A stretch of 64,000 nt of DNA from Prasinococcaceae sp. CCMP 1430 (lineage: Eukaryota; Plantae; Prasinodermophyta), in contig RQSC01001207.1 of assembly GCA_013416795.1 (NCBI GenBank), forward strand, positions 178,145 through 242,144, written 5' to 3'. Below are positions 33,515 to 45,826 of the stretch, piece after piece (position 1 is the first letter of the stretch; each line of letters opens with the position of its first letter). The notes under the pieces were generated by a model that saw only the letters and a list, made by a program, of their open reading frames with translations, searched no databases and was not told the origin of the DNA. The position numbers and the translations under genes are program-made.

Positions 33515-34973
33515 TCACACGAGTTTTTTTACCATGAGCAGTCGCGGGGGGGCGCGCTCGTGCGCCGCACTTGCGTTGGCAGCTTCTGGTGCGGGCGCCA
33601 CTGGTGCCTCGCCCAGCTCGATGTAGTCGTGCTCGCGGTACAGTGCCCGTGCGCCCGTATTGTCCTCCATCACGTACAGCGCCAGCACGAGCGTCGCGCC
33701 TGCCATCCGGACGCGCGTGCACGTGCGGGGGCGCGAGGCACGCAAGGGGTCAGCGCGTGTGCGCACGGCTCCAGCAGACGAGGGCGCAATGAGAGCACAC
33801 GCACACGCGCTCGCGCGTGTGCGTACACACCGTCGCTGTCGTCATCAATGGCCACGCTCGGCGCGATCCCGGCCCTGAGACGCTCTGCAAGGCCCGCGCG
33901 ACAAAGAACGTCAGCAGACGTGAAACGCTCGCGAGAGCGCAGAAGCGGCCACTCGCGCTGAAACACGTCGCACCTCTTCTGCTCTCTTCGACGCGCTCCT
34001 CACAGTGCGCTATCGCAAGCGCTTCCGCCCCCTCGAGCAGCGCGCTCGCCACGCCCAGACGTCGCGCGCGCGGTGCCACCGCCATCGACGTCACCACGCC
34101 CACCCAGTCGCGCTCTGCGCGCAGGCCCAGGTACGACCACAGTTCTGAATCAGCAGGAGCGGGAGCATCGGTGCCATCGCGGCCGCGACTGCCGCTGTCG
34201 CTGGCATCGCTGCTGTCGGCGCCTCCTCCACCCGCGCGCGTGAGCACCATGTCGACAGTGCCCACGATATCGCCACTGCTACCGCCCTCATCGCCCTCTC
34301 CATCCTCTGCCACGAGCAGCACGTAATCGCTCACCTGCGAGAGGATGAGCATCTTGCCTCGGATGGATGCAGCCACCTGTGCTCCGTAGCGCTGAAGTGC
34401 GTCTCCTCCCATCGCTGCGAGGGCAGCGGGCGGCGTTCCGCTTGCTGCAGGGTCGGCCGAGAACGCCGCGGTGAGCAGTGCAGCCACGGCGGGCACGTCA
34501 TCGCCGTCAGCCGCACCACCGCCGGCGCTAGGAATGGCCTCTGCGCGCAGCGTCAGGCGCGTGGGATCCTGCAGGTGCACGGGCGTGTGAGCGTTGAAGG
34601 CATGCGAGCGCGCGCGCGTCAGCCTGCGCGCGCCCAGCAACGCGTGGATGGCAGGCGAGCGGCAAGCAAGACGTGCCATGCCCTCGCTCACATCCCGCTC
34701 AGTCGCACGCACCACTTCACCGTCGTCATCATCGCCAACCAGCGCCGGCGGCCGCGCGCGCGCGCGCCGCACAGCCCATCGAGCGCCGCTCTGCGCGCGC
34801 AGCGTTGCCAGCCGCTCGTCGTCGGCGACGGTGGCGCTCAGGTCGCCCCCCTTGGGCTGACGCCCGCCGCGCGCCGCCTCTGCTCCGGCAGAACGCTGGC
34901 GCCGCCGCCGCCGCCACTGCCGCGCCTCGTGCGCGCACTGCGCGCGCGACCTCGTGCACGCCACGACGGGCAT
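33515..34973 (-). CDS. GNAT family N-acetyltransferase; introns 33700-33830 and 33885-33973; start approximate
   Basis: LLVAED...IVGTVDMV...VTSMAVAPRARRLGVASALLEGAEALA / TLVLALYVMEDNTGARALYREHDY (motifs A and B). Confidence 0.83.
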
Positions 34974-35203
34974 GCCGCGAGGCCGGTGGCGCGGTTGTGC
35001 CCGCGCGCTCACAGGCTGCGCGCGAGTGCGCGGAGTGGCGCCCACAAGACACCGTTGAGACTGCGCATTCCTCGTCAGTCTCAGAATGCCACACACCGCA
35101 CACAAGCGGCGGCAGCGGCAGGGCCGGTGTGTGTGGGGGGGGAGGGCAGAGAGAGAGGGGGGCGGAGGGTTGGGGGAGGGGGCCAACGGGTGGCGCGGCG
35201 CGC

Positions 35204-35842
35204 ATGCCGCGCGGCTCGGCTGCGGCCGCCGCCGAGCTGCGAGCGCTGCCGCAGCGTGAGCGATCGCGCACGTACCTGCGCGTGTGGAAGGCGTACAGGC
35301 GGCTGTGGAGGCCGTGCTGCCTCTGCGACGACGGCGCGTCGCGCGAGCCGTGGCGGCTGCTGGTGCCGGCTGGTGGGGCTCGGGCGGCGCTGGCGAATCG
35401 GCCTCTCCCGCGCCCGGCTCCCGCGGTCTACGAGCTCGCCCTGCAGAGGCCCGGGGGGTCGCCTGGGTGCCTCCTCTCGCTGGGACGCGACGCGCCCCCG
35501 CCGCGATTCAAAGTGTACGTGGGGAAAACCAACAACGCCCAGCGAAGGATCAAAGAGCACGGCAGCTCGAGGAGCGGCCTCTCCGAGCTCATCGCCGATG
35601 CGACCGCCAACGGAGCAGCTGTGGTGTACCGCGTCGCGTACTTCGAGACTGAGGCACTTGCCAAGCGCAAAGAAACAGAGCTGCTCCGCCAATACAACTT
35701 CGCGTGGAATCAAAGGGAGAACGGAGGCGGCCGCAAGCGCACGCTCGCGGTGCGCCCCGCCGGTCTGTTGACGTGCTTCCTCGGCGCAGACTGGGTGGAG
35801 GAATGCGCGAAGCCCCCACAGCCCCGGCCGAGCCGCGTGTGA
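35204..35842 (+). CDS. GIY-YIG protein resembling the plant EFFECTOR OF TRANSCRIPTION (ET) nuclease domain; intronless
   Basis: PWRLLV...PAVYELAL...KVYVGKTNNAQRRIKEHG...GAAVVYRVA...AKRKETELLRQYNFAWNQRENGGGR. Confidence 0.78.
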   Translation: MPRGSAAAAAELRALPQRERSRTYLRVWKAYRRLWRPCCLCDDGASREPWRLLVPAGGARAALANRPLPRPAPAVYELALQRPGGSPGCLLSLGRDAPPPRFKVYVGKTNNAQRRIKEHGSSRSGLSELIADATANGAAVVYRVAYFETEALAKRKETELLRQYNFAWNQRENGGGRKRTLAVRPAGLLTCFLGADWVEECAKPPQPRPSRV

Positions 35843-36049
35843 AGGCCGCGGGCGATGGAACGCCTCGATGCGGGATGTACTCTCATGTGAATAAGAATTT
35901 ATGATTGGTGTGTACGCAGCCCTGCACCGGCCGCCGAGCTGCCGCGGCGCCGGGGCGCCGACCATGCCACCAGTTGCTGTGCGCGCCCGCGCGAGCGCTC
36001 CGGCGCACAAATCCGCTCGGAGGTCGTCGTTTGCGGCGTCGCCCTCGTC

Positions 36050-37774
36050 TTAGGCCTTCGCCTTGTCGCTGATGCGCGCAATGTGCCGTGCGTGCCTCGT
36101 CCGCACGAGGTCGTAGAGCGGCGTCAGGGGCGAATCCTCCACGCGTTGCCTGTAGGCCTCGCCCTCGGGCTCATCAAAGATGCGTACTACGCGGACCACT
36201 TGCTTGTATAGGTACGGCGCGAGAATCCTGAGCACGAAGTCGATGATGAACTTCGGGACGCTCGGAAAGTAGGGGTCTATGTGAACCTCTATCGTGCACT
36301 CCGTGCGTGGCAGGGCGGTGGCGCCGTCGGCACTTTTGGCCTGTGGCAGCGGCTCGAAGACCATACAGGATCCCTCGTGGACGTCGACGCTCACACAGTC
36401 CTTGCTCTCCTTGGGCACGGGCGCGGTATCCTCGGGGAGCACGCAGCCTGGCTCGTCTCCACCGCCGTGCGCCCCCGCCCACCTCCCACCGCGCTGAGAC
36501 AGCTGCTGCGTCGCGGGCTGCCCGCCCCCCCGTGCGCGTAGCATGACGACGAGCACACCCAACTCGTCGAGCGCGTCCACGCCATGCGTGTGAAGCACCA
36601 CGTCGCGGTGCGCGAACGGCCACGGCACCCACTGGTTGTAATACTGCACCGATCTCGAGACGCCTGTGGAGCAGAGCGTGCACGCCGCACGCAGGTAACG
36701 GTTCCATGTGGGCGTGAGGTCCGCCTCGCGGCAAAGCGCCATCAGGTGCTCGGGCCGCCCCTCGATGATGGCCTTGAAGCAGAATGAGTGGGTCTTGGAA
36801 CCCCGGCTGTGCTTGTAAAATACCTTGAGCTTGTCGTCACTCACTTGCTGCACGTGCGCGAAACCACAGGGCCACGTCGCACGATGTGCGCGCGAGGGCA
36901 CACGCGGCGCGGAGCGGGCGGGCGGCGCGCGCGCGCTCCCCGTCAGCGGTGGCATCCATGAGGGAATTCTTTCGCGCCGCGGAGCGCCGCAGCGATCGAC
37001 GTCGCGACAACCCCACGGCGTGACATCAGGTGCGACCATGGGCGCGCCCGCGCGCGAGCTCTCGCACGCACCTTCCACCCCTCCTTGTTGCGCGTCGCAT
37101 CAAAGGCAGTGCGCGCGCGGTGGCTCTCAGCGGCGAGCGCGAGGCGCAGCTTGTCGGTCGATGCCGACCCCTCAGGCAGTTCCTTCGCCAGGCGCTCCGC
37201 TGCCAACACGCGCCCCTCCTCCCACAGCGTGCACACCTCCTGCATGAGCCCGGCATCCCGTCAGTGGCCACTTTCACGCCTAGCATCGCGCGGGGCGCGC
37301 AAGCGGGGGCAAGCGGCGGGGCGGCAGCGCGCACCCACCTGCTCGCCGTCGCTCAACCCTCCTGCTGATAGCAGCTGTTCCGCGTACAGCCCCCCCGCGT
37401 AGCTCGGGCGATTGGTGAGCGCCGTGCCTCCGCCGTTCGCAGCGAACCCATCTGGGCATGCGCACGCGGCGGCGCGCGGCGGCGCGTCAGCGCACAGGCT
37501 CGCGGCGCGCGCGCACGCCGTGCGACGGCCATCGGGCGCTCCCTTGCTCGCACGCAGATACACGCGAGCTCAACGAGCACGCGCGCGCCAGCGCGCCCTC
37601 CCTGGCCGCGCTCTCCCGCCGCGCACGCGCGCCCCCACCTTCGTCCGCGCTGTAGGGCGCGCTCAGCGTCGAGCGGCAGTCCGCAAAGCCGTCGGCCGAC
37701 GCCAGCGACGCCACCCCGCCCCCCCCACGCGCTCCACGCGCGCGCTGTGGGCGCCACCCACCACCCAAATCCAC
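36050..37774 (-). CDS. START/SRPBCC lipid-binding domain protein; introns 36848-37071 and 37240-37338; 5' exons uncertain
   Basis: EGWK/QVSDDKLKVFYKH...ALCREADLTPTWN...VPWPFAHRDVVL...EVHIDPYFPSVPKFIIDFVLR. Confidence 0.8.
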
Positions 37775-38258
37775 AAAATTGAGCGTTCATTTTGATATCA
37801 GTGTCGCATGCCGCGCCCGAGCCTGAGCATCTCCCAACCCAAACGTCATCTCTCGCAATCGCCATCAAAATGCATCCACTTTCGCCCGCTTCGTCTTCGG
37901 CGGGGGGGGAGGCCGCGCACAGTACGAATCGAACGTTCGCGTTGGGAGCGGCGTCAGTACTTAGGGTTAGGGTTCGCGCGCTCCGGAGCCCGCGCGCGGT
38001 GGCGCGGGGTGCAGGCGGGGCGCGCTGGCGAGGCGCGAGACACAACGGATTTTAATTATTTATCAGATCGCAAGATACGTCAATAATAATGTTATTATTT
38101 GGATAAAACGCGGAGGTGCATTCTAAATACCATTTGATTGGGTTTTTGGCGTCGCGCGTTGGCGTTGCACGGCGCGGCGGCGGGAGGCGGGGCCTTGTGG
38201 TCAAGCNNNNNNNNNNNNNNNNNNNNNNNNNNNNNNNNNNNNNNNNNNNNNNNNNNNN

Positions 38259-40543
38259 TGCGCGCGGGCGATGGCGCGGGCGGCGCGGGCAGCTGGCTGG
38301 TGCGCGCGGCGGCGGCGGCGACAACGACGCAGACCTACGCGCGGGCACAGGTCGCGTCGCAGAGCATATTGGCCAACGCTGCCGCGGGGGGCGACGCCGG
38401 CGCGGATGGGCGCGTAGTTGCCGGCGGCCGCGTGCTCGCGTGCGCGCACTGCGGCGTGACGAGCGTGTGGGACGGCGAGGTCGGTGGCGTCATGCACCCG
38501 GGCGGGGAGGGCCACCACATCGCGGTGGACCTCGAGCGGATGGAGCTGTTCTGCGTCACGTGCGGCGACTACGTGTACGATGAGGGATTCGACACGGCCG
38601 TGCTGGGCGCGCGCGCGGCCCACTCGAGCATCACGGGGCCGGCGGGAGGCGCAGTCGCCGCGAGGGAGGCGGCCGCCGCGGCGCACGAGGAGCACGGCGG
38701 CGAGGTGACGAGGCCGCCGAGCCCGCTGGCGGGCGGGCTGAGCCCCCCCGTGTCGCCGTCGCTCGCCAGCGGTGCCTGGGCTCAGCGGCTGCGCGAGTTG
38801 CGCGAGCGCAAGCGGCCACGCCTGTCGCTTCTCCCGTACGAGGCATGGCAAGCTGCCAAGGGCGACGAGGAGCTCCTTGCGAAGCACGCACGCGCATTCG
38901 TGCCGCCCTCGCGCGCCGCGGGCGGCGCCGGCGAGCGAGGCGGCGAGGCCCTGCCGATGCCCCCCGTGGGCTTGCGGGGTCTCAACAACCTCGGCAACAC
39001 GTGCTTCATGAACAGCGTTCTGCAGGCGCTCCTGCGCGCGCCGCCGCTGCGATCGCACTTCCTCGCGGGCGTGCACCGCTCCGCCACGTGTCGGTTGCAT
39101 CGCAAGCTCACTGCGGAGCGCGAGCGCTGCTTGGCGTGCGAGATGGATGACCTGTTTCAAGCGGCCTTCACGCCACCTCTCGCCCCCCCCACAAAGACGG
39201 CCAATGGCAGGCCCTCCGCCGCGGGGAACGGAGCGACGGCTGGTGCCGGCGGCGGCAGCGGCGGCGCCCAGGCCGCTGGCGGCGGGAGGGGGGCCGCCTC
39301 GGGCGCGATGGCTCCGTTCTCGCCTGCGTCGTTTCTGTACGCTTGGTGGCAGCAGGCGGACTCACTGGCCAACTACCAGCAGCAAGATGCGCACGAGTTT
39401 CTCGTGTCGTGCCTTGAGGGCCTGCATCGCGCTGGACAGCGCTCGGCGGTGCGCGAGCGCCTCCTCTACGAGCGTGGTGCATGCTCGGAGCCGGCGCGCG
39501 GCATCATTGGGATGGCGTCGCCGTTTGTGCGGCGCGTGTTCTCAAGCGTGGTGCGCAGCGACATCACCTGCTTGGTGTGCGGATGCACCTCAACAAAGCT
39601 CGACCCCGCGATGGACACAAGCCTCGATTTGGCCGATGCAGTGCCGCCGGTGGATACCGATTGCGCCGAGGACGGCCGTGAGGGCGGCTCGGCTGTGGGG
39701 AACAACGCAGAGAACGGCGGTAGCGGCGAGGGAGGAGGAGGCGCGGCCGCAGTGGACGGTGGCAGCGCCGCGACTGGTGGCAGCGACAGCGGCGCTGATG
39801 GCGCTTCGGGCAGCGGGAAGGATGAGATGGCACTGACGGACAGATCCAAGGCAAATGGCGCTGATGAGCACCGCAAGGGCGGGAGCAGCAGCGGTTGCGG
39901 CGATGCTCCTGATGCGCCCAGCGGCGTCGCGCGCACCTCCCTCATTCGCTGCCTGCAGAGATTCGCCCGCCCTGAGCACCTCGGCACCGCCGACGCCGCC
40001 TTCTGCTCGCGCTGCGAGGTGCGGCGGCCCTGCGTCAAACAGCTCTCGCTCGGCCGCCTGCCTGTCGTGATGACGCTGCACATCAAACGCTTCGAGCACG
40101 TGCACGGCGGCGGGGGCTCAGGCACGCGAAAGCTCGACACCCACGTCGACTTTCCAGTGCGCGGCCTGGACATGTCGCCGTACCTGTCGAGCTCGGTCCT
40201 GCGCGAGCGCCATGGCGGGCGTGTCGCAGCCGAGATGCGCCCGCGCGAGGCGGCGGCCGTGAAGCACGCTCTGTACGACCTCTTCGCGGTGGTGGCGCAC
40301 TCCGGCGGGCTCGACGGCGGGCACTACGTGGCCTTCGTCCGCGGCAACGCGTGCGCGCGCGAAGGGGGGGCAGGCGCCGCCGCCGCCGCCGCCGCGGCCG
40401 GCGGCGTCGACATGTCGGAGGAGGAGCGCTGGTTCAGGTGCGACGACCACTGGGTGACGCCGTGCTCAGAGGACGAGGTGCGCGGTTGCCAGGCCTACCT
40501 GCTCTTCTACTGCCAGAACAGCATCGCCTATGGGGGAGCGTGA
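38259..40543 (+). CDS. UBP22: Ubiquitin-specific protease UBP22/USP22 (ZnF-UBP plus UCH); start hidden by gap
   Basis: CAHC...HHIAVDLERMELFCVTCGDYVYD; GLRGLNNLGNTCFMNSVLQAL Cys box; QQQDAHEFL; YDLFAVVAHSGGLDGGHYVAF His box. Confidence 0.95.
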
Positions 40544-40626
40544 GCGCGCGGTGGTGCGCCGCACATCATTAAGAACCAGATTAAACGCCCGCGCCCGCTC
40601 ATGGCCGCTGCCGCGCGCTGCCACTG

Positions 40627-41884
40627 CTACGTGTGTATCGTAGTCACGCGTAGCCGTGGCATCCTCGCCCGCAGAGCGTCGCGCGCGCGCATCTCCGCTG
40701 GGATGCCCGAGCAGCCGTTGACGTCGAACTCCTCCAGCACGTCGCCGGGCCCGGCCACGAGCGCGTCGAGCGCCCTCGGCGTGATGCCCAGAATGCCGTG
40801 CAGGCTGAGGGAGCGCAGCTGCGCGCACGCGTACGTGGTTTTGGGTGGATGAAGGGGCAAGGTGGGCGGCATGCACCGGGAAACGCGGGCGGCGTTGTCA
40901 GCGGCGTGTGGCGCGCGGACCTCATTCGGTGCTAGGCGCCGCGGCGTTGCGCTCGCGTGCCACTGCTCGAGGTGTCAGCCCGGGGCGGCGACGGCGCCTT
41001 CTCCTGCGTGGCGCTCACCTCGTGGCAGCTCTCCCCGATTGCAATCGCCGCCTCGTCGGTGAGCTGCACGCACCAGGTGCAGTTGAGCGTCACGAGGCCC
41101 GGGTTAGCCGCGACGGCAGCCGCGAGCTCGGCGTCGCACAGATGCTGCGCCCCGCACAAGTCGAGCACGGCGAGGCGCGACAGGTCCGCCAGAGGTGCGA
41201 AGGAGCGCAGGCCCGGGCAAGCGTAGAGGCGCAGGTCTTCGAGGTACGGCATGCCGTCCACGACCGCGCGCAGCCCTGCCGCGCTCACGTTGGGGTTGCG
41301 CGTGAGGTCGAGCGCGGTTATGGCGCCGCACGCGTCTGCGACTGCGCGCACACCGCGATCGGTGACCTTCTTGCAGCCCGACAGGTTGAGCGTGCGCAGC
41401 CGTGACGCGCAGTGCGCGGAGGCAATGGAATCCAGTGCTGCATCCGTGACGCGCACGTCCCAGTAGAGCGACAGGCTCTCCAGCGCGGGGCAATTGCGCA
41501 CTGCGGCGGACACCGCTGGGTCCCCGACTGCCTGGCAGGCGTTGAGGTTGAGCGCGGTGAGCGTCGCGCCGCACGCTGCCGTGAGGGCCTCGACTCGCTC
41601 GTTGGTGACGCCTTGCGCGAATTCGAGGTCGGCCGTTGCGATCGGCGGCGGCGGCGCGCACGCGCACAGCGCATCGAGCGCCGCGCCGCCGCGCTGCTCG
41701 TTCTGCAGGCGCAGCGCCGTGAGCCTGCCCCGCGCCGCCGCGCGCCAACGCGGCACGCGCACGCCGCGCGCGCGGCGGCCGCGTACGGCGCGCGCGAGAG
41801 CACGAGCGTGAGCGCGAGCGCGTGCTGCGGGGGATCTTCCTCGCCCTTCGACACCGGCGGCGCGGGGGCCGCCGCATCCGCCAT
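40627..41884 (-). CDS. F-box/LRR (RNI-like) protein of plant type; intron 40819-41018; apparent 1-nt frameshift near 41748
   Basis: LEFAQGV...LNLNACQAVGD...LSLYWDVRVTD...LNLSGCKKVTD...LDLCGAQHLCD...LNCTWCVQLTD / LSLHGILGIT...FDVNGCSGI. Confidence 0.88.
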
Positions 41885-42085
41885 CCCCCCCCCCCTACAC
41901 ACACACACACACTGGTGCGTGCGTGCGCGTTGTGGCTGCCCTGGCGGCTGCTGCGGGGCACGAAAATTGTCAGGCGCGCGCACATTGCGGCGCTGTGCGG
42001 GCAGCGGCACGCGCCTGGCACGCGCCACTGGGCGCGCAGCGCCCGCGGCCACGCCCCTGCTCGCGACGCCGACGCCGACGCCCCG

Positions 42086-43475
42086 ATGGGAGCGCGAGCG
42101 GTACTGGCGACGCCGAGGCAAGGCGGCGGCGCCGCGGCGGCGGCCGCCGCTGCGGTCGCTGCGCTGGCGATACTACCGCCGGCGCCTGCGGAGACGGCGG
42201 CAGCGTATGCGTTGTCGCCACCGCAGGCGGCAGAGGCGGAGGGAGCGAGCGCCGCCGCCGCCGCGCGGTCGGAGATGTACGTGGCACCTTCTGCCCGCGC
42301 CGCGGTCACGAGCGCCATCGGTGATGCCGCCGAGGAAATCGAGATGAAGCGCGCCTTCGAGCCGGAGAAATACCTCGGCGTCTGGTACGAGGTCGCGAGT
42401 CAGAAGGATGGCTTCGCGGGCGAGGGGCAGAGCGACTGCCATTGCACGCAGGGCATCTACACGTATGACGACGCGCGGCGGGTGATAGAGGTTCGTTGTA
42501 TCGCGCCGGCGCCGGACTTTGCCCCTGCGATCGCACAGCAGCGAACAAACGCGCGCGCGTGCGCACACGCTCGCACTGACTGAGACACGCGCGCGGTGCA
42601 CATACACCCGGTGCACGCTCACGCGCACTCGCGCTCGCGCGCGCGCGCACGCACGCACGCAGGTGAGCACGTTCTGCGTGCACCAAGACGGCACGCCCGG
42701 CGGGCGCGTGTCGGGCATCCGCGGTGAGGTGAACTGCATCTCCGACCCGACGGAATTCGAGCGCTCGCTGAGCCCCCTCGAGCGCGAGGAGGACATCGTC
42801 GGCAAGTGCACGCTCAAATTCCCCTCCCTGCCCTTTGTGCTCCCGTTGCCGTACGACGTCATCGCGACCGACTACGACAACGTCGCGCTTGTGCAGGGCG
42901 CCAAAAGCCAGAGCTTCGTGCAGATTTACTCACGCGTGCCCAACCCGGGGGCCGACTTCATCGCCCGGCAGAAGGCCTTGCTGGCATCCCTCGGGTACGC
43001 CCCCGAGCGCATTCGCGACACGCCGCAAGATTGCCCGGCAGGCGAACGCACCATCGACGATATGCGGCGGAGGGTGGACCTAGACGGGGGCGAGGTGCGT
43101 CGCGCGCGCGCGCGCATGATCACAATCGTCGCTGTCGAGCTCTGCTCGATGGCTGCGCACGCGCCGCGCGGATACAAGCATCGCTTGCTCTGACATGCGC
43201 GGGGCGGGCGCGCCATGGCCTCGCACGCACACACGTGTGGTGCACTGCGCATGCAAACACGCGGCGCGGCGCAGGAGGTGGTGCCGGACGAAGGCGGCAG
43301 CGGTGAGGCCGGAGTATCTCAAAAGCTGCGCGACGCGATGGTCGCCGCCACAGACGCTGTGCGCAACGTGCCCAACCCGCTCGAATCGGCCAACGTGGAG
43401 AAGCTGCTTCCAAAAGTGAACATCATCAAGACCGCTCGCGACCTCATCAGCCTGTCTTTGCGCGGCGGCGAGTAG
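42086..43475 (+). CDS. CHL: Chloroplast lipocalin; introns 42491-42662 and 43095-43274
   Basis: FEPEKYLGVWYEVASQKDGFAGEGQSDCHCTQGIY / VSTFCVH...SGIRGEVNC...PYDVIATDYDNVALVQGAK..SFVQIYSRVPNPG...DTPQDC. Confidence 0.93.
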
Positions 43476-43697
43476 GCCGGGGGGCTATAGGCTCCCTTCG
43501 CACGCGGTGGCCGTAGCAGCGCGGAGGCGGAGACGCGGAGTAGGATCGGAATGGCACCGGGATAGCAGCGGGGGCGAGTGGTTGCGAGCTCAAGAGCGTC
43601 CACGATTGCTTATTTTCGGCGGGGCAGCGCGCGCCTCCGCAGTATTACCATCGCTGCGATTACAAAGCTAGGACATGTGCTGGCGGCGGCGCGGCCC

Positions 43698-45260
43698 TCA
43701 GCCTGCAAGCGGCGCAGCGGTGCCAATCACGCGAGCGCGCAGAGCCTCTCGCTCCTGCTCCGACATCCCCGCGTCGCCACGCTCGCCGGCCTTCCACTGC
43801 ACGTCGAGCGCCGGCCGGGCTTCACGCAACGCCGTCACCGCGGCCTTCCATCGCTCCATGCATGCGTCATCGCCCACGTCGTTGCCGCCCATCTCGAGCG
43901 TTCGCAACGAGGGCGCGCCGCCGCCCGCGAGCGCATCGAAAAGCGCCTCTGCGCCTGCGGCGCCGATCCCGCATGACGCCAAGCAGAGCTCCTCGCACGA
44001 CGCCAGCGCCGCAGCGGCGGTCTCTCCGTCCCCTCCCACGCGCAGCACCGCCGCGAGCTCGAGCGCGCCGCCGTCGCCAACGCCCTCGTTGCCGCGAAGG
44101 GAGAGTCTCCGCACCCCGCCCGCGGCCCTGAACAGCGCCCCTGCGCCCACCGCGCCGACGCCGCACTCGGACAAGTCCAGCGCCGCGAGTGTGCCGCCCG
44201 CCGGCGCGAGCGCGCGCTCGGCGAGGCGCACCGCGCCCGCGTCGCCTACACACTCGTTGCCCGACACGTCCAGCATCTCGAGCGACGAGCCGCCGCCAGC
44301 AGCCTCCATGCCATCCACAAGCGCTTCAAACGCCTCCGGCGCGAGCTTGCAGCGCGCGAGCGTGAGCGCAGACACCGACGCGCCGTGCGCGCTGAGCCAC
44401 TCGGCGGCGCCAGCGGCGGCGCCAGCGGCGGTGTCCGAGAGGTCGAGCTCGCGCAGCGAGCCCGAGGCCACGCCTGCGGCGACCAGTGCGGCGGCGCCGG
44501 CGCAGCCGAGCGTCGCGTTGCCTGCCAGTCGCAGCGCCTGCAGCGCGGGCCCGCCACCATTGGCGCACATCGCGGCCGCGAGTGCAGCAGCGCCCGCGTC
44601 GCCCACGCCGCACTCGGCGAGGTCGAGGCGTGCGAGCTCCGACGACGCGTTGGCACCGAGCGCTGTTGCGAGCGCTTCGACGCCTTCGTCCCCCAACGCG
44701 TTCCGCGACGCATCGACGCTCGCCAGCGTCGACGGCGCCGCGAGCATCGCGCCCAGCGCCGCGCCGCCCGCCGCGCCCTCCAGCCCCCTATTGGCGAGGT
44801 CGATGCTCCGAAGCGCACTCACCGCGACTCCCGGAGCGAGCGCTGCTGCGGCCGCCGCGCCCGTGGTGGGCGTGCCTACGGCGAGCTCGCGCAGCGTGGC
44901 GTTGCGCGCGAGTGCGCCGCCAAGCAGCGCCGCGTGCGCCTCGGAGAGCTCGTGGCCCGACAGCGAGAGCTCTGCCAGCCGCCACGGCAGGCGCGCGCCG
45001 GGGAGCAGTCGAGTGCGGCACAATCGCGCGCGCTCGTGTCAGCTCGCGCCCGGCGACACTACCCGCGCCTCCTCTCGAGCGCCCGTGCATGCGCACTTAC
45101 GGCGCGCGCTACGGCGGCGGCGCGTCCTCACCCTCGAGCGTGTCGTTCCCCTCGAGCGCGCGCGCGAGCGCCTCCCAGTCGGCGCCCGACAGCGTGCGCT
45201 GCGCCATGACGTGCAACCGGCGCAGCGCCGCGTCGCCCGCGGCCACGCGCGCGACCGCCC
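43698..45260 (-). CDS. RNI-like leucine-rich repeat protein with tropomodulin-like N-cap; intron 44972-45131; start uncertain (possibly ATG 45207)
   Basis: WEALARALEGNDTLE/ELSLSGHEL, then repeated LxxLdLxxNxlgdxGaxaLa units. Confidence 0.85.
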
Positions 45261-45826
45261 GCCCCAGCCGCCAGCCGCCGCGCACCGGGCCGCACCCGCC
45301 CCCGCCGCGGCGGCAAGTTACATGTATTTTGACCTACATCACATCATTTCGCATCACGCATGCTCGCTCTAAGTAAGTCTCCCGTGGTTTAATGTAATGC
45401 CGCATCACATGTACTGTAATGTCCTCAAGCGCCTTCGCACTTGCAATAGGATGGAGATGGAGGACATTTGCAGACCCTATAATTGATCCTAAAACGTAAA
45501 CCTGAACGTACGGTGTGCTACGTGTTCGCGTTCCCCGAGCGCGCCCTAAAGTGGTTATGCGGGGCGGTTGGAGCAGGCGCGTGCGCTACGGTGCCGTAGC
45601 TACAGTAGCTAGAGTCTAGGGACTACTGCACTGTAGAGCGAGAGAGGGGTGCTGTGGTAGGGGGCAGGGGAGGGGGAGGGGGCGGGGGAGGTCGGGGCGC
45701 TGGGATTGAAGCCGCCCGTGGCGGGGAGAGGCGGGGGTTGCAGCCGGCGGGCGGGCGCCGGCAGGCCTCTGCGGGTGGGGCGAGACGCACGCAGTTCCGC
45801 GCGGCAAGGCCGGCCCGCGGGGCGGC

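Noticed and set aside
37961-37974. (TTAGGG)2 as a telomere or chromosome-fusion scar
   Set aside because: Only two units, in a promoter-like island; treated as telobox-like
1-40543. NFRKB (DEUBAD) and UBP22 as a deubiquitination cluster
   Set aside because: About 38 kb and 20 unrelated genes apart; likely coincidence
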